Of a stretch of DNA of 59,874 nucleotides, positions 35,646 to 45,195 are shown one piece after another. The translations under genes and the position numbers were made by a program. A model generated the notes under the pieces. The model did no database searches and was not told the DNA's origin. It was given only the letters and a program-made list of their open reading frames with translations. The stretch covers positions 1 to 59,874 of the IMG/VR virus record IMGVR_UViG_3300020045_005987; one strand, 5' to 3'. The stretch's first letter is position 1; each line of letters starts with the position of its first letter. The stretch is from a virus. Its lineage: Duplodnaviria > Caudoviricetes.

Positions 35646-36006
35646 ATGGATGTATTGAGTCATGTTGGAATATCTTTGTCTTGTTGGAAAATGTTCAAGA
35701 TTAGGTTTTGGAGGTGGTTCAATAAGATTGACAAGGCGCAAAGAATCATACTTGATGAACTGGAGGACTCCGTTGAGCACAGTCCTGATAGATGAACAAA
35801 GAATGCTCGAAGTCTGGAATGAAACTCTTGATCCAGAGAAGGTTATTGAATGGTTCAAAACTCTTTCCGGCAGACAGCAAATAGAATTGATGGATGCCAT
35901 CAAAGCCAGAGCCGATTTGTATCAGCAATTGAACAATGGTTTTGTTGATACAAGGAACGCGATCATGAACGGCATTTTGTGTGATGCAGGGAATATAGGA
36001 GCCTGA
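35646..36006 (+). other. Hypothetical gene, possibly frameshifted near 35790
   Basis: 49-aa ORF 35646-35795 overlaps a second frame that runs to 36006. Confidence 0.35.
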
Positions 36007-36024
36007 TTAATTGAGGATTAGATT

Positions 36025-36237
36025 ATGGATGAAAAAGAACATTCACAGCTTGCAAGTCAAGTGTTTGATTTTTTATATACCGCCTCTCGGCAGGAATTAA
36101 TTGATTTGGGATTTAGGCTTGGAGAAAAAGCCGATTCACTTGATCCTTATATTAAATTTATTGTTCCTCTATGTCATGGCATTAGAAATGGCACCACTTG
36201 GGATGTGCCTTTTGAAATACCAGAATTGGATGACTAA
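36025..36237 (+). CDS. Hypothetical protein
   Basis: GAGGA RBS. Confidence 0.6.
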   Translation: MDEKEHSQLASQVFDFLYTASRQELIDLGFRLGEKADSLDPYIKFIVPLCHGIRNGTTWDVPFEIPELDD

Positions 36238-36467
36238 TGAAAAAGACACTGCATGGTAAAAGGCACTTACGCGCACGCGCGCCCATGATTGCCGCCAGAA
36301 ACAGAAAACGAATGGCAAAGTTCATGCGTGGGTATGATGCTTTTTTGGTGTTTTCAAAGCAGTTGACCACTGTGCTGGTTGACATGACTGTTGCTTTTGA
36401 GAATATTGGAAAATATGCAACCCAAATTGCCAATACAATCCAGAATAAGGCTGTGTCTAATGGCTAA
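36237..36467 (+). CDS. Hypothetical protein
   Basis: TAATG coupling. Confidence 0.55.
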   Translation: MKKTLHGKRHLRARAPMIAARNRKRMAKFMRGYDAFLVFSKQLTTVLVDMTVAFENIGKYATQIANTIQNKAVSNG

Positions 36468-36630
36468 CTAGGAGCGTAAGAATGTTGATACACTTGATTA
36501 TTTGTGGTGTTCTGTTATTGCTCGGGTTGGTTGTTTACAGCTTGCTTGTTATGTCAGTAGATGATGAAGACTCATAGCGAAACCATGTTGTCGGATTTGG
36601 TAATATCTTATAGCTTCATGGAAAAGTGAG

Positions 36631-37467
36631 GTGAAATTGAGTAAAAATATTGATGTGCTTATAACGGCATTGAGTGATATGCACTCTGGTGGAACAACCG
36701 CACTGTTCCCAAACCATAAAATGGAATGGGGAAAGGCGAAAAATAGAAATCACTCTCCTAACTCTAAACAGTTGAAAATGCATGATCTGTTTATCAGGTC
36801 TGCCAAATACGCAAAAAATAATCGTGGTGGTCAAATGGTAATAGTCCACAATGGAGATGCAATTGAGGGGATTCATCATCAGACTATAGAAATTGTGTCT
36901 AATGTTTGGGACGATCATGTGGACATACATGAAACTCTGATGAATGAATTCATGAAGAAATCAGGTTTTGCAAAAAACAAAGGGGACAAGCTGTATTATA
37001 CGATTGGAACGGAATCCCACACTGGTGAAAAAGAAGAAGAAATAGCAAGACACCTAAACGCTGATGGTGTGTTTCAGCATGTCGAAATTGAAATCAATGG
37101 GCGGTTGGTTTGGTTCCTGCATCATGGGCCCTCAAAGGGACATGGAGCGAATGAAGGAAATGCCCTTCGCAACTTCCTGAGAGATATTTATTTTAACTGC
37201 CAGAAGCATAATACCCGCCCACCCGATGTTGTCTTTACAGGACATGTTCATACACCTTGTTACAACACTTTTGTGTTTGACATGCACACAATACACGGAA
37301 TTATATGTCCCTCGTTTCAGTCCAAGACGCGCTATGCTCACAGGGCGGCGCCTGTTGAACGAAACGAGGTTGGTTCGGCATTTCTAAAGATTACGGCAGG
37401 CGGGGACATAAGGACACCCTATTTTCTGAAAGAGACAAGTGAGTTACTGGACAAGGTGAAGTTATGA
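36631..37467 (+). CDS. Calcineurin-like metallophosphoesterase
   Basis: SDMHSG, GDAIEG, GTESH, HHG, GHVH. Confidence 0.85.
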   Translation: MKLSKNIDVLITALSDMHSGGTTALFPNHKMEWGKAKNRNHSPNSKQLKMHDLFIRSAKYAKNNRGGQMVIVHNGDAIEGIHHQTIEIVSNVWDDHVDIHETLMNEFMKKSGFAKNKGDKLYYTIGTESHTGEKEEEIARHLNADGVFQHVEIEINGRLVWFLHHGPSKGHGANEGNALRNFLRDIYFNCQKHNTRPPDVVFTGHVHTPCYNTFVFDMHTIHGIICPSFQSKTRYAHRAAPVERNEVGSAFLKITAGGDIRTPYFLKETSELLDKVKL

Positions 37468-37551
37468 AAATATATTACCTAACTGCGTTATTGGCTGTTC
37501 TTATAGCCGTGATGTATATATTCAAATTGAGCCAACGTGGATACGATATGT

Positions 37552-37581
37552 TTTACAAAATACCTACACATAGGCTATAAT
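37552..37581 (+). promoter_or_regulatory. Promoter for candidate ncRNA
   Basis: TTTACA-18-TATAAT with AGGC. Confidence 0.6.
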
Positions 37582-37584
37582 ATT

Positions 37585-37817
37585 TTTGAGTGAACAGTAC
37601 AGCGCTGCTGACAGAGAAGCGGTTGCAACCGCGAAGCAGTTATACAAAACAGGAATTTAGTTGCTCGACAACTTGCCTGAGACGGTGACAGGAGTTCCGT
37701 ATGGTACTCGTACAATTCCGTTCTCGTATTGTTCTCAAACCAGCGACCTTGCAAGGTTTCCAAGATGCTGAAATCACGTCAAGCGGCTGGTTGGGAGAGA
37801 CTGATCACCTCTCCCAA
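37585..37817 (+). ncRNA. Candidate ~235-nt highly structured RNA
   Basis: Nested stems gaacagtac/gtattgttc, gctgct/agcagt, ggaatt/aattcc, agttg/caact, cctg/cagg, aaccagc/gctggtt; final hairpin tgggagag/ctctccca. Confidence 0.6.
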
Positions 37818-37847
37818 ATAATGAAAAGAATTTTATGGAGTCCAAAA

Positions 37848-38051
37848 ATGTCGAACAATGAAGATACTATTTTCGAGAAACACAGGTCATTTTGGATGAC
37901 GTTGCGTGAGGCATTATTGAGTATTAATAATGAATTAGAAATTAATCTGCGAATTTTCCCAACAACTTCACAGATCCGCAAAAGCTACAAGGCTGGTCTA
38001 AAATCCAGTGATGAAACTCAGGAGATACATCCTGCCGATAAGGCCACTTGA
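37848..38051 (+). CDS. Small hypothetical protein
   Basis: GGAG then ATG 37848. Confidence 0.55.
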   Translation: MSNNEDTIFEKHRSFWMTLREALLSINNELEINLRIFPTTSQIRKSYKAGLKSSDETQEIHPADKAT

Positions 38052-38076
38052 TTTTATTGGCAAATGGTAGTATGCT
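38048..38076 (+). promoter_or_regulatory. Promoter for scaffold/capsid operon
   Basis: TTGATT-17-TATGCT; followed by GC-rich leader hairpin 38109-38148. Confidence 0.55.
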
Positions 38077-38196
38077 TTTTGTAATCGAATAACCACGGTA
38101 GTCCAACTGGAGCGCCGATCTTGACAGAAATGTCTTGGTCGGCGCTCCTTAATTTAATCGCCTCGCCAGCGTAAAAGGCGAAGGACAAATACCACA

Positions 38197-38853
38197 ATGT
38201 TGACAGAAGCTGAACTCAAAGCGATTTTGGATACACCCGAAGCCGAAAGAACGGCTGAACAGAAAAAGGCTCTTACTGACTTCTTTGCCGCCGCAGGGCG
38301 TACAACTGATCCAGATACAGCGAAGAAAGATGATAAGCGCGAGACACCTGCAACATGGGCTGAGATTTTTGAACATCCTCGGTTCAAGGAACTCACGCAA
38401 GCCGCGAAGGATGCTAAAACCCGTGCTGATGCGCTTGAAAAAGCCGCTCAGGATCAAGAACGTGAGGCTCTTGAAAAACAGCAAAACTATCAGAAGCTTT
38501 ACGAGAAGGCTCAGGCTGAGATCACAAGTTTGAAGCCTAAAGCCGAACAGCTTGACTCGATGGAAAAAACGTTGTCGTCATTATTGGACGCGGAGATCAA
38601 ATCTCTGCCCGAACAGTTTCAGGACGTTGTGCCTGATGGCTTGACCACTCAGCAAAAACTTGACTGGTTGAGCAAGAACAAAGTCAAGTTTGTGAAACCC
38701 GAAGGTTTTGACATTGGTGCTGGCAAGAATGGCGCGAAGGAAAACAAACAGAAGGCTACCGAACTCACGCCGGAAGAAAAGCAACTTGCCAGAGACTTTG
38801 GCATGACCGAGGAAGAATATTTCAAGAACAAAGACAAGGAAGTACCTGCCTAA
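38197..38853 (+). CDS. Capsid scaffolding protein
   Basis: Coiled coil; C-terminal LT.EE..LA..FGMT.EEY. Confidence 0.85.
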   Translation: MLTEAELKAILDTPEAERTAEQKKALTDFFAAAGRTTDPDTAKKDDKRETPATWAEIFEHPRFKELTQAAKDAKTRADALEKAAQDQEREALEKQQNYQKLYEKAQAEITSLKPKAEQLDSMEKTLSSLLDAEIKSLPEQFQDVVPDGLTTQQKLDWLSKNKVKFVKPEGFDIGAGKNGAKENKQKATELTPEEKQLARDFGMTEEEYFKNKDKEVPA

Positions 38854-38945
38854 CTGGCATAGCAACAAAGAACAATTCTCTGCGTCCACGATGACGTAAA
38901 ACCCGAACGAGAATAAAAGTTTACGTTTAGACAAGGAGAATAAAT

Positions 38946-39386
38946 ATGGCCGCTCCAACTTATACATGGCGTTTTGGTTACGATCTCTTTGGTGATCGTG
39001 TCCCAAAGATTGTCACCCTCGAAGCCACCGCCAGTCTTGAAACAAAAGTTGGCACCGCGTTGATAATGTCCAGTGGACAGGTTGACGAGGCTACTGCCAG
39101 CGTTGTTTTGTTTTTAGGCTTGGCCGCAGAGGAAACAGCCGCCGCTCTTTCAGCCGCCGATCCGATCAAGGTTGAGCTTATTGCGCCCGGCATGGTGATT
39201 ATCGGCACTGCTGATGCAGATGCCTCCGCTCTTGCTGGTTTCAATGGCAAGACTTATGACTTCAACACTGATGGCTCACTCGATGTGGGCGATTCCAGTG
39301 GTGGATGTCTGTCCGTTCTAAAGACAGAAGATGCTGGTCTTACTGTCCATTGTGTCGTCAACAGCCAGTTGATGGCCGTGTGCTAA
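38946..39386 (+). CDS. Capsid decoration/cement protein
   Basis: Between scaffold and capsid; small and beta-rich. Confidence 0.65.
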   Translation: MAAPTYTWRFGYDLFGDRVPKIVTLEATASLETKVGTALIMSSGQVDEATASVVLFLGLAAEETAAALSAADPIKVELIAPGMVIIGTADADASALAGFNGKTYDFNTDGSLDVGDSSGGCLSVLKTEDAGLTVHCVVNSQLMAVC

Positions 39387-39398
39387 AAGGAGAATGAG

Positions 39399-40325
39399 AT
39401 GCCTAATCCTATGCTTTCCGTTCAATGGCCGCGTTTCATTCTGCCCATTATCCGCAAGGAATGGTATGCACGAATGGCGCTTACTGCGTCACCCGCGATG
39501 CAGTTTTTCAATATTCAATCAGCGACTAGCTCAGTTGAATATTCACAAGGTATCGGCTCTTTCGGGCTGGTGCCTGAGTATAACTCTGCTGATGCAGAGG
39601 GCAATCCTGCGGCTATCCAGTATGATAGCTTCGAGGCTTTGTACGAAACCACATTTACGCACAAGGAATATGCCAAGGGCGTATCCATTGAGCGCAAATT
39701 GTGGGATGACGATCAGCAAGGTTTGATCAAGCGCAAGGCTCAGAACTTGGGCTTCTCGTTTGGTACAACCCGCGCGTCACACGCTTCAAGCGTGTTCAAC
39801 AATGCCTTCGCAACCGTTTTGGGTGGAGATGCAAAGGTTCTTTGTGCTTCCGATCACCCAACCAACAAGAGTGGCTTGACCACTTTCAGTAACCTCGGTT
39901 CAACAGCCCTGTCCTATGAATCTGTTATCGCCGCGATTGTTGCCGGCAATGACATGAATGATGATCGCTCAAATCCTTTGCCGGTCATGTACGATGTTTT
40001 GTATGTGCCGACTGCCCTGCAAGCCAAGGCTTATGAGATCACGAAGGCTCTTGCCAAGCCCGGTGGTGCGGATAACGATGCCAATTTCCTGACCTCAAAG
40101 GGTCTGCAAGTTGTCGTTGACCCGTATCTGACCGATGCGAATAACTGGTTCATGCTTGACACAAACCTGTCCCGCTTGCACCTGATGTGGTTCAACCGTG
40201 TTCTGCCCGAAATTGCGCTTGATCCTTCCAGCGACTATAACTTGGTCGCCAAGTATCGTGGCTACATGCGTTACAGCTTCGGTTGGGACGATGCCCGCTT
40301 TATCTTTGGAGCGAATGTCACCTAA
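39399..40325 (+). CDS. Major capsid protein (Mu gpT-like family)
   Basis: DDQQG.I, GGD...LC..DHP, L.VP..L, RYSFGW.D.R...G. Confidence 0.9.
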   Translation: MPNPMLSVQWPRFILPIIRKEWYARMALTASPAMQFFNIQSATSSVEYSQGIGSFGLVPEYNSADAEGNPAAIQYDSFEALYETTFTHKEYAKGVSIERKLWDDDQQGLIKRKAQNLGFSFGTTRASHASSVFNNAFATVLGGDAKVLCASDHPTNKSGLTTFSNLGSTALSYESVIAAIVAGNDMNDDRSNPLPVMYDVLYVPTALQAKAYEITKALAKPGGADNDANFLTSKGLQVVVDPYLTDANNWFMLDTNLSRLHLMWFNRVLPEIALDPSSDYNLVAKYRGYMRYSFGWDDARFIFGANVT

Positions 40326-40388
40326 ACAGTGACCTATTGCATGACGGTGTAAGCCTTGCGCCCAAGCCGTCATGTTAGGAGAATTCTA

Positions 40389-41354
40389 ATGACTACTTTT
40401 GGTGATCAAGTTTTTATGCATGGCGGTGTCCCTGTTGCCTCCGCTCTTGCCGCTCTTGGGCTTGCTGGTGGGAAGTTCTATTTCTGTGATCCCACTCATG
40501 GAACAGCCAATGCCGATGGAAAGACTCCTGGCTCTGCAAATAGCAGTCTGCTTACCATGTACAACCTGCTTCGCGATGGATACAACGATGCGGTTGTTCT
40601 GATTGGTGGTGCGACGGCTTATACCCCAAGCGCCGCGTTTGTATGGTCGAAGAATTACGCCCATCTCATCGGTGCTGTGAATGGCCTGCCCGGTATGGGT
40701 CAACGTGCGCGTATCGTGAACAGCGCAACTTATGATCTTGCCACATTGTTCACGCTGTCCGGTTCCGGATGCTTGGTCGATGGCATTCAGTTCTTTGATG
40801 GCAAGGATAGTGCGGCTGATGGTGCGTGTGTGTTGGTCAGTGGATCACGCAATATGCTCAGTCGTCTTTTCGTGGCTGGCATGGGTGATGCAACTGCCTC
40901 CGGTCCGTTCTCACGTGCAGGATCATATTCCCTCAAGATCAGCGGTTCCGAGAACACTGTTGACCAGTCCACAATCGGATTGGATACCGTCGCTCGTACT
41001 GCGGCCAACGCCGAGTTGATCGTTTCTGGCGCGCGCAATCGTATCAATAACAGCGAAATTCGCTCACAGTCCACCACTGCCGGCAAGTTCCTTGTTACGA
41101 TTGATAATACTGCGGATATGCGTGATGTTCAGTTCAATAATGTGTTGTTCTACAATTACACATCCAATTGGGCTACAGGCATCACAGATGCTATCAATAT
41201 CCCTGCCGGTGGCAACACAGTTCAGGTCATCATTGACTCCCTGTGCCGCTTTGTGGGTGTTGGAATGGGCGTTGCCAATAACCTGACCCACATTTATGGT
41301 TCCGGTCCAGTCCCGAATGCTGGCTTCGGAATTGCTGTCAATCCGACCACGTAA
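40389..41354 (+). CDS. Beta-helix virion protein (capsid fibre/decoration candidate)
   Basis: G.D.N.G.TP-like start and repeated beta strands; follows capsid gene. Confidence 0.65.
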   Translation: MTTFGDQVFMHGGVPVASALAALGLAGGKFYFCDPTHGTANADGKTPGSANSSLLTMYNLLRDGYNDAVVLIGGATAYTPSAAFVWSKNYAHLIGAVNGLPGMGQRARIVNSATYDLATLFTLSGSGCLVDGIQFFDGKDSAADGACVLVSGSRNMLSRLFVAGMGDATASGPFSRAGSYSLKISGSENTVDQSTIGLDTVARTAANAELIVSGARNRINNSEIRSQSTTAGKFLVTIDNTADMRDVQFNNVLFYNYTSNWATGITDAINIPAGGNTVQVIIDSLCRFVGVGMGVANNLTHIYGSGPVPNAGFGIAVNPTT

Positions 41355-41363
41355 GGAGTCAAT

Positions 41364-41558
41364 ATGTTGACAGTCAAATCCTCGTTTACCCTGAATGGCA
41401 AGGACTATGTTGAAGGCGATCAAGTGGATGAAACCCTGCTTGAAGCAGACGACCTTACCGATTTGATCTCGCGCGATATTCTGGTTGCTGAAAAGAAATC
41501 AGCCCCGCGCAAGGCAAAAGCTGATAAGGCCGATGCCGAGTCCGAGCCTGTTAAATAA
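41364..41558 (+). CDS. Small head-associated protein
   Basis: AAGGAG; NGKDY.EGD. Confidence 0.7.
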   Translation: MLTVKSSFTLNGKDYVEGDQVDETLLEADDLTDLISRDILVAEKKSAPRKAKADKADAESEPVK

Positions 41559-41564
41559 ACTTAT

Positions 41565-41597
41565 AAACAGAGGCGGTCTTAACCACCGCCTCTGTTT
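41565..41597 (+). terminator. Intrinsic terminator after head genes
   Basis: aaacagaggcggt/accgcctctgttt. Confidence 0.8.
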
Positions 41598-41603
41598 GAG
41601 GAT

Positions 41604-41987
41604 ATGCCGATGAGTGCTACTGGAATCTTACAGGCCGCGACGGTTATTGCCAAGACCACCCAAACCATATTGAAAGAAGTCCTTGGTTGTGAAAATTATG
41701 ACTTCTTGACATTGTTTTTTGAGTACGTCAAGGGCGATGAAACTGGTTTGATTATCACTCCGAGTGTTTTGCGGACGAAAACAGGGACGGCCTTCCCTTA
41801 TGCTGTGGCTGTGGCCGCAACTGGCGCGTTTACCGTCACAGATACAAAGCTGACATTAACTGCCAGCAAGTCAAGTTACATCACGTTCGATGTGCGTGGT
41901 ATTGATTTCATGAAGTTCACGCAGGGTGGTTCGAACAATGATGGAACTCCAACCGGCACGCTTGCCGCTTCTTATACGATGAAATAA
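41604..41987 (+). CDS. Virion structural protein
   Basis: Position; beta-rich. Confidence 0.65.
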   Translation: MPMSATGILQAATVIAKTTQTILKEVLGCENYDFLTLFFEYVKGDETGLIITPSVLRTKTGTAFPYAVAVAATGAFTVTDTKLTLTASKSSYITFDVRGIDFMKFTQGGSNNDGTPTGTLAASYTMK

Positions 41988-42367
41988 TGGCCTTTACATT
42001 TGATCCTGCCCTTGCTGACAATGTCTCTTTGGTACGTTTCCATATTGGAGATGTTAACGAAGATGGTTTTTACCTACATGATGAGACGATCCAGTATTTT
42101 GTAACTGCTGGAAGTGTTGGTTCTGCTGTAATTGCCTGCATAAAGCACATCATTACGCAGTTGAGTGTTCCAAACTTCAATCTGGATTGGATGTCTGTCA
42201 GCGTTGGTGAGGCAAGACAGGGTTACGAAAAGCTTTTGAAGGACAAACAGATCGAGTTTGGAATTCAAACAGCCATTGCATCTGCTTCAATCTCTTTGCC
42301 GCATCGAATTGATAGTTACGATGTGGCTGATGAGAATGGTGAGTTTGACGATCCCGGAGATCCATAA
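41987..42367 (+). CDS. Head-tail adaptor
   Basis: FTFDP...VRFHIGD...DE.I. Confidence 0.8.
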   Translation: MAFTFDPALADNVSLVRFHIGDVNEDGFYLHDETIQYFVTAGSVGSAVIACIKHIITQLSVPNFNLDWMSVSVGEARQGYEKLLKDKQIEFGIQTAIASASISLPHRIDSYDVADENGEFDDPGDP

Positions 42368-42759
42368 TGGGCTTGCGAATGGCGAGTAATCGCCTTGTCA
42401 ATCATCTACAGAACCGTGTTTCGTCAGGCTTTTTTGGCGATTCTGGTATTTTGTTGCAGGATGCCGGGACCGGTACGTTTGACGATAACAATACCGAAAC
42501 CATCGTCACTACTGAGGTTCCTGTGGATTGCAGTTTTACCGATAAGCCCTCCATGGAGAATTGGCGCGATTATGCAGACATTGAACAGGTGGATGCCGAG
42601 GTTCGTTTTACAGGCCATTCCCCTGCCAAGGGCAATCGGTTCAAGGTTACTGGACGGTTCGATACAAATTCTTATGTCAACAAGACTTTCGAGATCGTTG
42701 GTATTCGCAACCGTGATGTTTTTGGGTATGTGTGTGCGCTTAAGGCAGTTTCAGTATGA
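42367..42759 (+). CDS. Head closure protein
   Basis: Synteny and size. Confidence 0.7.
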   Translation: MGLRMASNRLVNHLQNRVSSGFFGDSGILLQDAGTGTFDDNNTETIVTTEVPVDCSFTDKPSMENWRDYADIEQVDAEVRFTGHSPAKGNRFKVTGRFDTNSYVNKTFEIVGIRNRDVFGYVCALKAVSV

Positions 42760-43142
42760 AGAAATCAGACTTCGTAATTGACCCAAGTTCTTTGAAGAAA
42801 GCCTTGAAGGATGTCAATCTCAATGGGAATGATGTGCTTCAAATCGAAGGCGCGGGTGCGTATACTCTTGTGAATGGCATGCGTATGCGCGTGCCCAAAG
42901 ATACACATGCTACTGAGAACAGTATTCGCCCTCACATTATTGTCGCCACTGATACCCTCGTCATTGATGAGGTTGGACCCGAGACTGATTATGCCTATAA
43001 CATCGAATACGGTATCAAGTCCAAGCCGAATTATCCCATTCAGCCGTTTATCAGGCCGACTGCGTTTGAGGATTTTGCGAAAGTCATAAAGGCAATCGGT
43101 ACCGCCTTTGGTCAGATCGTGGTGTCGAGATGGCCGACATAA
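42756..43142 (+). CDS. HK97 gp10-like neck protein
   Basis: VP.DT, YA..IEYG, QPFIRP. Confidence 0.85.
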   Translation: MKKSDFVIDPSSLKKALKDVNLNGNDVLQIEGAGAYTLVNGMRMRVPKDTHATENSIRPHIIVATDTLVIDEVGPETDYAYNIEYGIKSKPNYPIQPFIRPTAFEDFAKVIKAIGTAFGQIVVSRWPT

Positions 43143-43519
43143 AAACCTGTGTTGTTTCCCATTGCAACGCGTCAGGAACGATTGTGGCGGCTTTTGCCAA
43201 CAGGATCACACCTGACCACATTCCAGACAATCAGGCTTATCCACATGCCCGAATTTTGCAGATTGGTACTGACCAGAGATACCACTTCAAAGGTGAGAAT
43301 GGCCGTAAATGCCTTATTCAAATTGATGTGTATGATGACGATCTGGTTGGAGCGGATGCAAATGCTGAAATCATAAGGCTTGCGTTCTCTGGTTATAAAG
43401 GTCAGATGGGCACGATTGATGCAGGAATGGTCAAGGCTCATATTGTCTCTGGTGAATGGAATGTTGAAGCGAGAAATTTCCATAGAATAATTGAATTAGA
43501 AATTTCTACAAACGGATAA
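43130..43519 (+). CDS. Tail terminator (DUF3168-like)
   Basis: RI.P...P....YP, IQIDVY. Confidence 0.8.
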   Translation: MADIKTCVVSHCNASGTIVAAFANRITPDHIPDNQAYPHARILQIGTDQRYHFKGENGRKCLIQIDVYDDDLVGADANAEIIRLAFSGYKGQMGTIDAGMVKAHIVSGEWNVEARNFHRIIELEISTNG

Positions 43520-43544
43520 CGGATAGATGTGGAGATAAGCACAA

Positions 43545-43802
43545 ATGGATAACAATAATTCAGAACAGGAATATCTTGGGAAGTTTCCCAAGAATAAAAA
43601 ATCATTTTCTCAGGACAAAGCCCCTGCCCCGAAGGTTTACTTCGAGAAAAGCATGTGGAAGGGAATCATCCCTACTTACAAATGTTCGTCCTGTGAACAT
43701 TGGGATGACCTTGATGGGATCATCCTGCATGTTGTTGTGCATGTCCCCGAGGATGAGCGTGATGCTCTGCTTGAAAAATTACTATTACTAAAGGAGAACT
43801 AA
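43545..43802 (+). CDS. Small C2H2-like Zn-finger protein
   Basis: YKCSSC...H...H. Confidence 0.65.
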   Translation: MDNNNSEQEYLGKFPKNKKSFSQDKAPAPKVYFEKSMWKGIIPTYKCSSCEHWDDLDGIILHVVVHVPEDERDALLEKLLLLKEN

Positions 43803-43803
43803 T

Positions 43804-44181
43804 ATGGCCGATCCTACTGTTATCACAGTTCAGAATATCTTAGCCCCGTTTGCCGCTGTTGGGGCGGGTGCTGCCGATTTCACGTTTGCCGCTGGTACTC
43901 CAACAGATGGTGATACGTTCGTTTGTACAGGTCGTGAAATTCTTATTGTAAACAATACTGATGTAGCAACCAAGTACATCACTGTTGTTTCAGTGGACGA
44001 TGAAACAAATCGTTCCGAGAATATCACCACCTATTCATTGGCCGCTGGTGATTTTGCCGTGTTTGGAGTTGGTCTGACCAATTCGAAAGGATGGAAGTCC
44101 AGTGCTGGCACGATTCGAATCACTGTTGAGGATGCCGATGTGAAGGTTGCCGTCTTGCGCCTGCCTGCCGGTTTCCCATAA
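43804..44181 (+). CDS. Virion protein, paralog A
   Basis: 125 aa; FVCTGREIL...VLRLPAGFP. Confidence 0.8.
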   Translation: MADPTVITVQNILAPFAAVGAGAADFTFAAGTPTDGDTFVCTGREILIVNNTDVATKYITVVSVDDETNRSENITTYSLAAGDFAVFGVGLTNSKGWKSSAGTIRITVEDADVKVAVLRLPAGFP

Positions 44182-44191
44182 GGAGTAGATT

Positions 44192-44569
44192 ATGACAACT
44201 TTAATTGCCGCTGGCCTCAATTTGCTTGCCGCTCCGTTCGCGGATCAGCCCATTGCCAATGCTTTGAATATTGCATGGCAAACAGGTACGGTGGGTGGTG
44301 AACATTTCGTTTGCACTGGCCGTGAAATCCTGTTGATCCGCAATGACAGTGGCACAAACACTGTGACAGTTTCGAGTGTTGATAATGACAAGGGTCGTCA
44401 GGAGGATTTGGCGGCTTATGAAATTACCGGCACAGAAATTGCCGTGTGGACCGGGGGTTTGACCAATGCCAAAGGCTGGAAGCAGACCAATGGCACGATT
44501 GTGGTTACGGCCACAACGGGTACTGCTGTTTCCTTCGCTGTCCTGCGTTTGCCGGCAGGTTTCCCATAA
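44192..44569 (+). CDS. Virion protein, paralog B
   Basis: 125 aa; same motifs as paralog A. Confidence 0.8.
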   Translation: MTTLIAAGLNLLAAPFADQPIANALNIAWQTGTVGGEHFVCTGREILLIRNDSGTNTVTVSSVDNDKGRQEDLAAYEITGTEIAVWTGGLTNAKGWKQTNGTIVVTATTGTAVSFAVLRLPAGFP

Positions 44570-44577
44570 GGAATTTA

Positions 44578-44596
44578 CTGGATGATTTTTATCCAG
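44578..44596. promoter_or_regulatory. Palindrome CTGGAT-N7-ATCCAG, copy 3
   Basis: Directly upstream of tail tube RBS. Confidence 0.6.
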
Positions 44597-44615
44597 AAAG
44601 TTCAAGGAGAATAAT

Positions 44616-45047
44616 ATGACAAGTTCCGCGTTTTGGGCTTATGGCTCACTCTTACAGGCTGGTGATGGAGCAGTATCGGAGGCTTTTACCAGTATTGCCG
44701 AGATCACTGAACTGACTCCGCCTCAAATGTCCCGTGATGAAATCGAGGTTTCTCATTATTCGTCAACGAGTGGCTACCGCGAGTTCATTGCTGGTTGGCG
44801 TGATGGTGGAGAGGTTTCTGCCAAAGCCAATTGGCTCCCGACCAATGCCACACAGGATGGCACCACTGGTTTGCTCGAATCCTTCAATGATGACGTTGTT
44901 CATAATTGGAAGATCGTGCTTCCGGGTTCAGTAGCGACCATCTCGTTCTCGGGTTTTTTGACGGCTTATGAACCTGACCTTCCGATGGAAGAACAAGGCT
45001 CTCTGTCGTTTACGATTAAAATTACCGGCAAGCCGACCATTGCATAA
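44616..45047 (+). CDS. Tail tube protein
   Basis: IEVSH.....YREFI.G.RDGGEV; TIKITGKP. Confidence 0.9.
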   Translation: MTSSAFWAYGSLLQAGDGAVSEAFTSIAEITELTPPQMSRDEIEVSHYSSTSGYREFIAGWRDGGEVSAKANWLPTNATQDGTTGLLESFNDDVVHNWKIVLPGSVATISFSGFLTAYEPDLPMEEQGSLSFTIKITGKPTIA

Positions 45048-45195
45048 TCATGAAGTCAATCGCGATCGTGCTCTTGGAAGGTGAGTTGTCTTTGTTGCGC
45101 TGGTTGTTAGCCAACGGATTTGCTCGTGACATGAAAGTGAAGTCGCGGGTTCTTGGAACGATCTTGAATATCAGACAGTCCATAGGAAGGTTGAA

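Noticed and set aside
2093-36006. Stop-codon reassignment as the cause of fragmented ORFs
   Set aside because: Core genes are intact in code 11 and end in all three stop codons; the fragments change frame rather than read through
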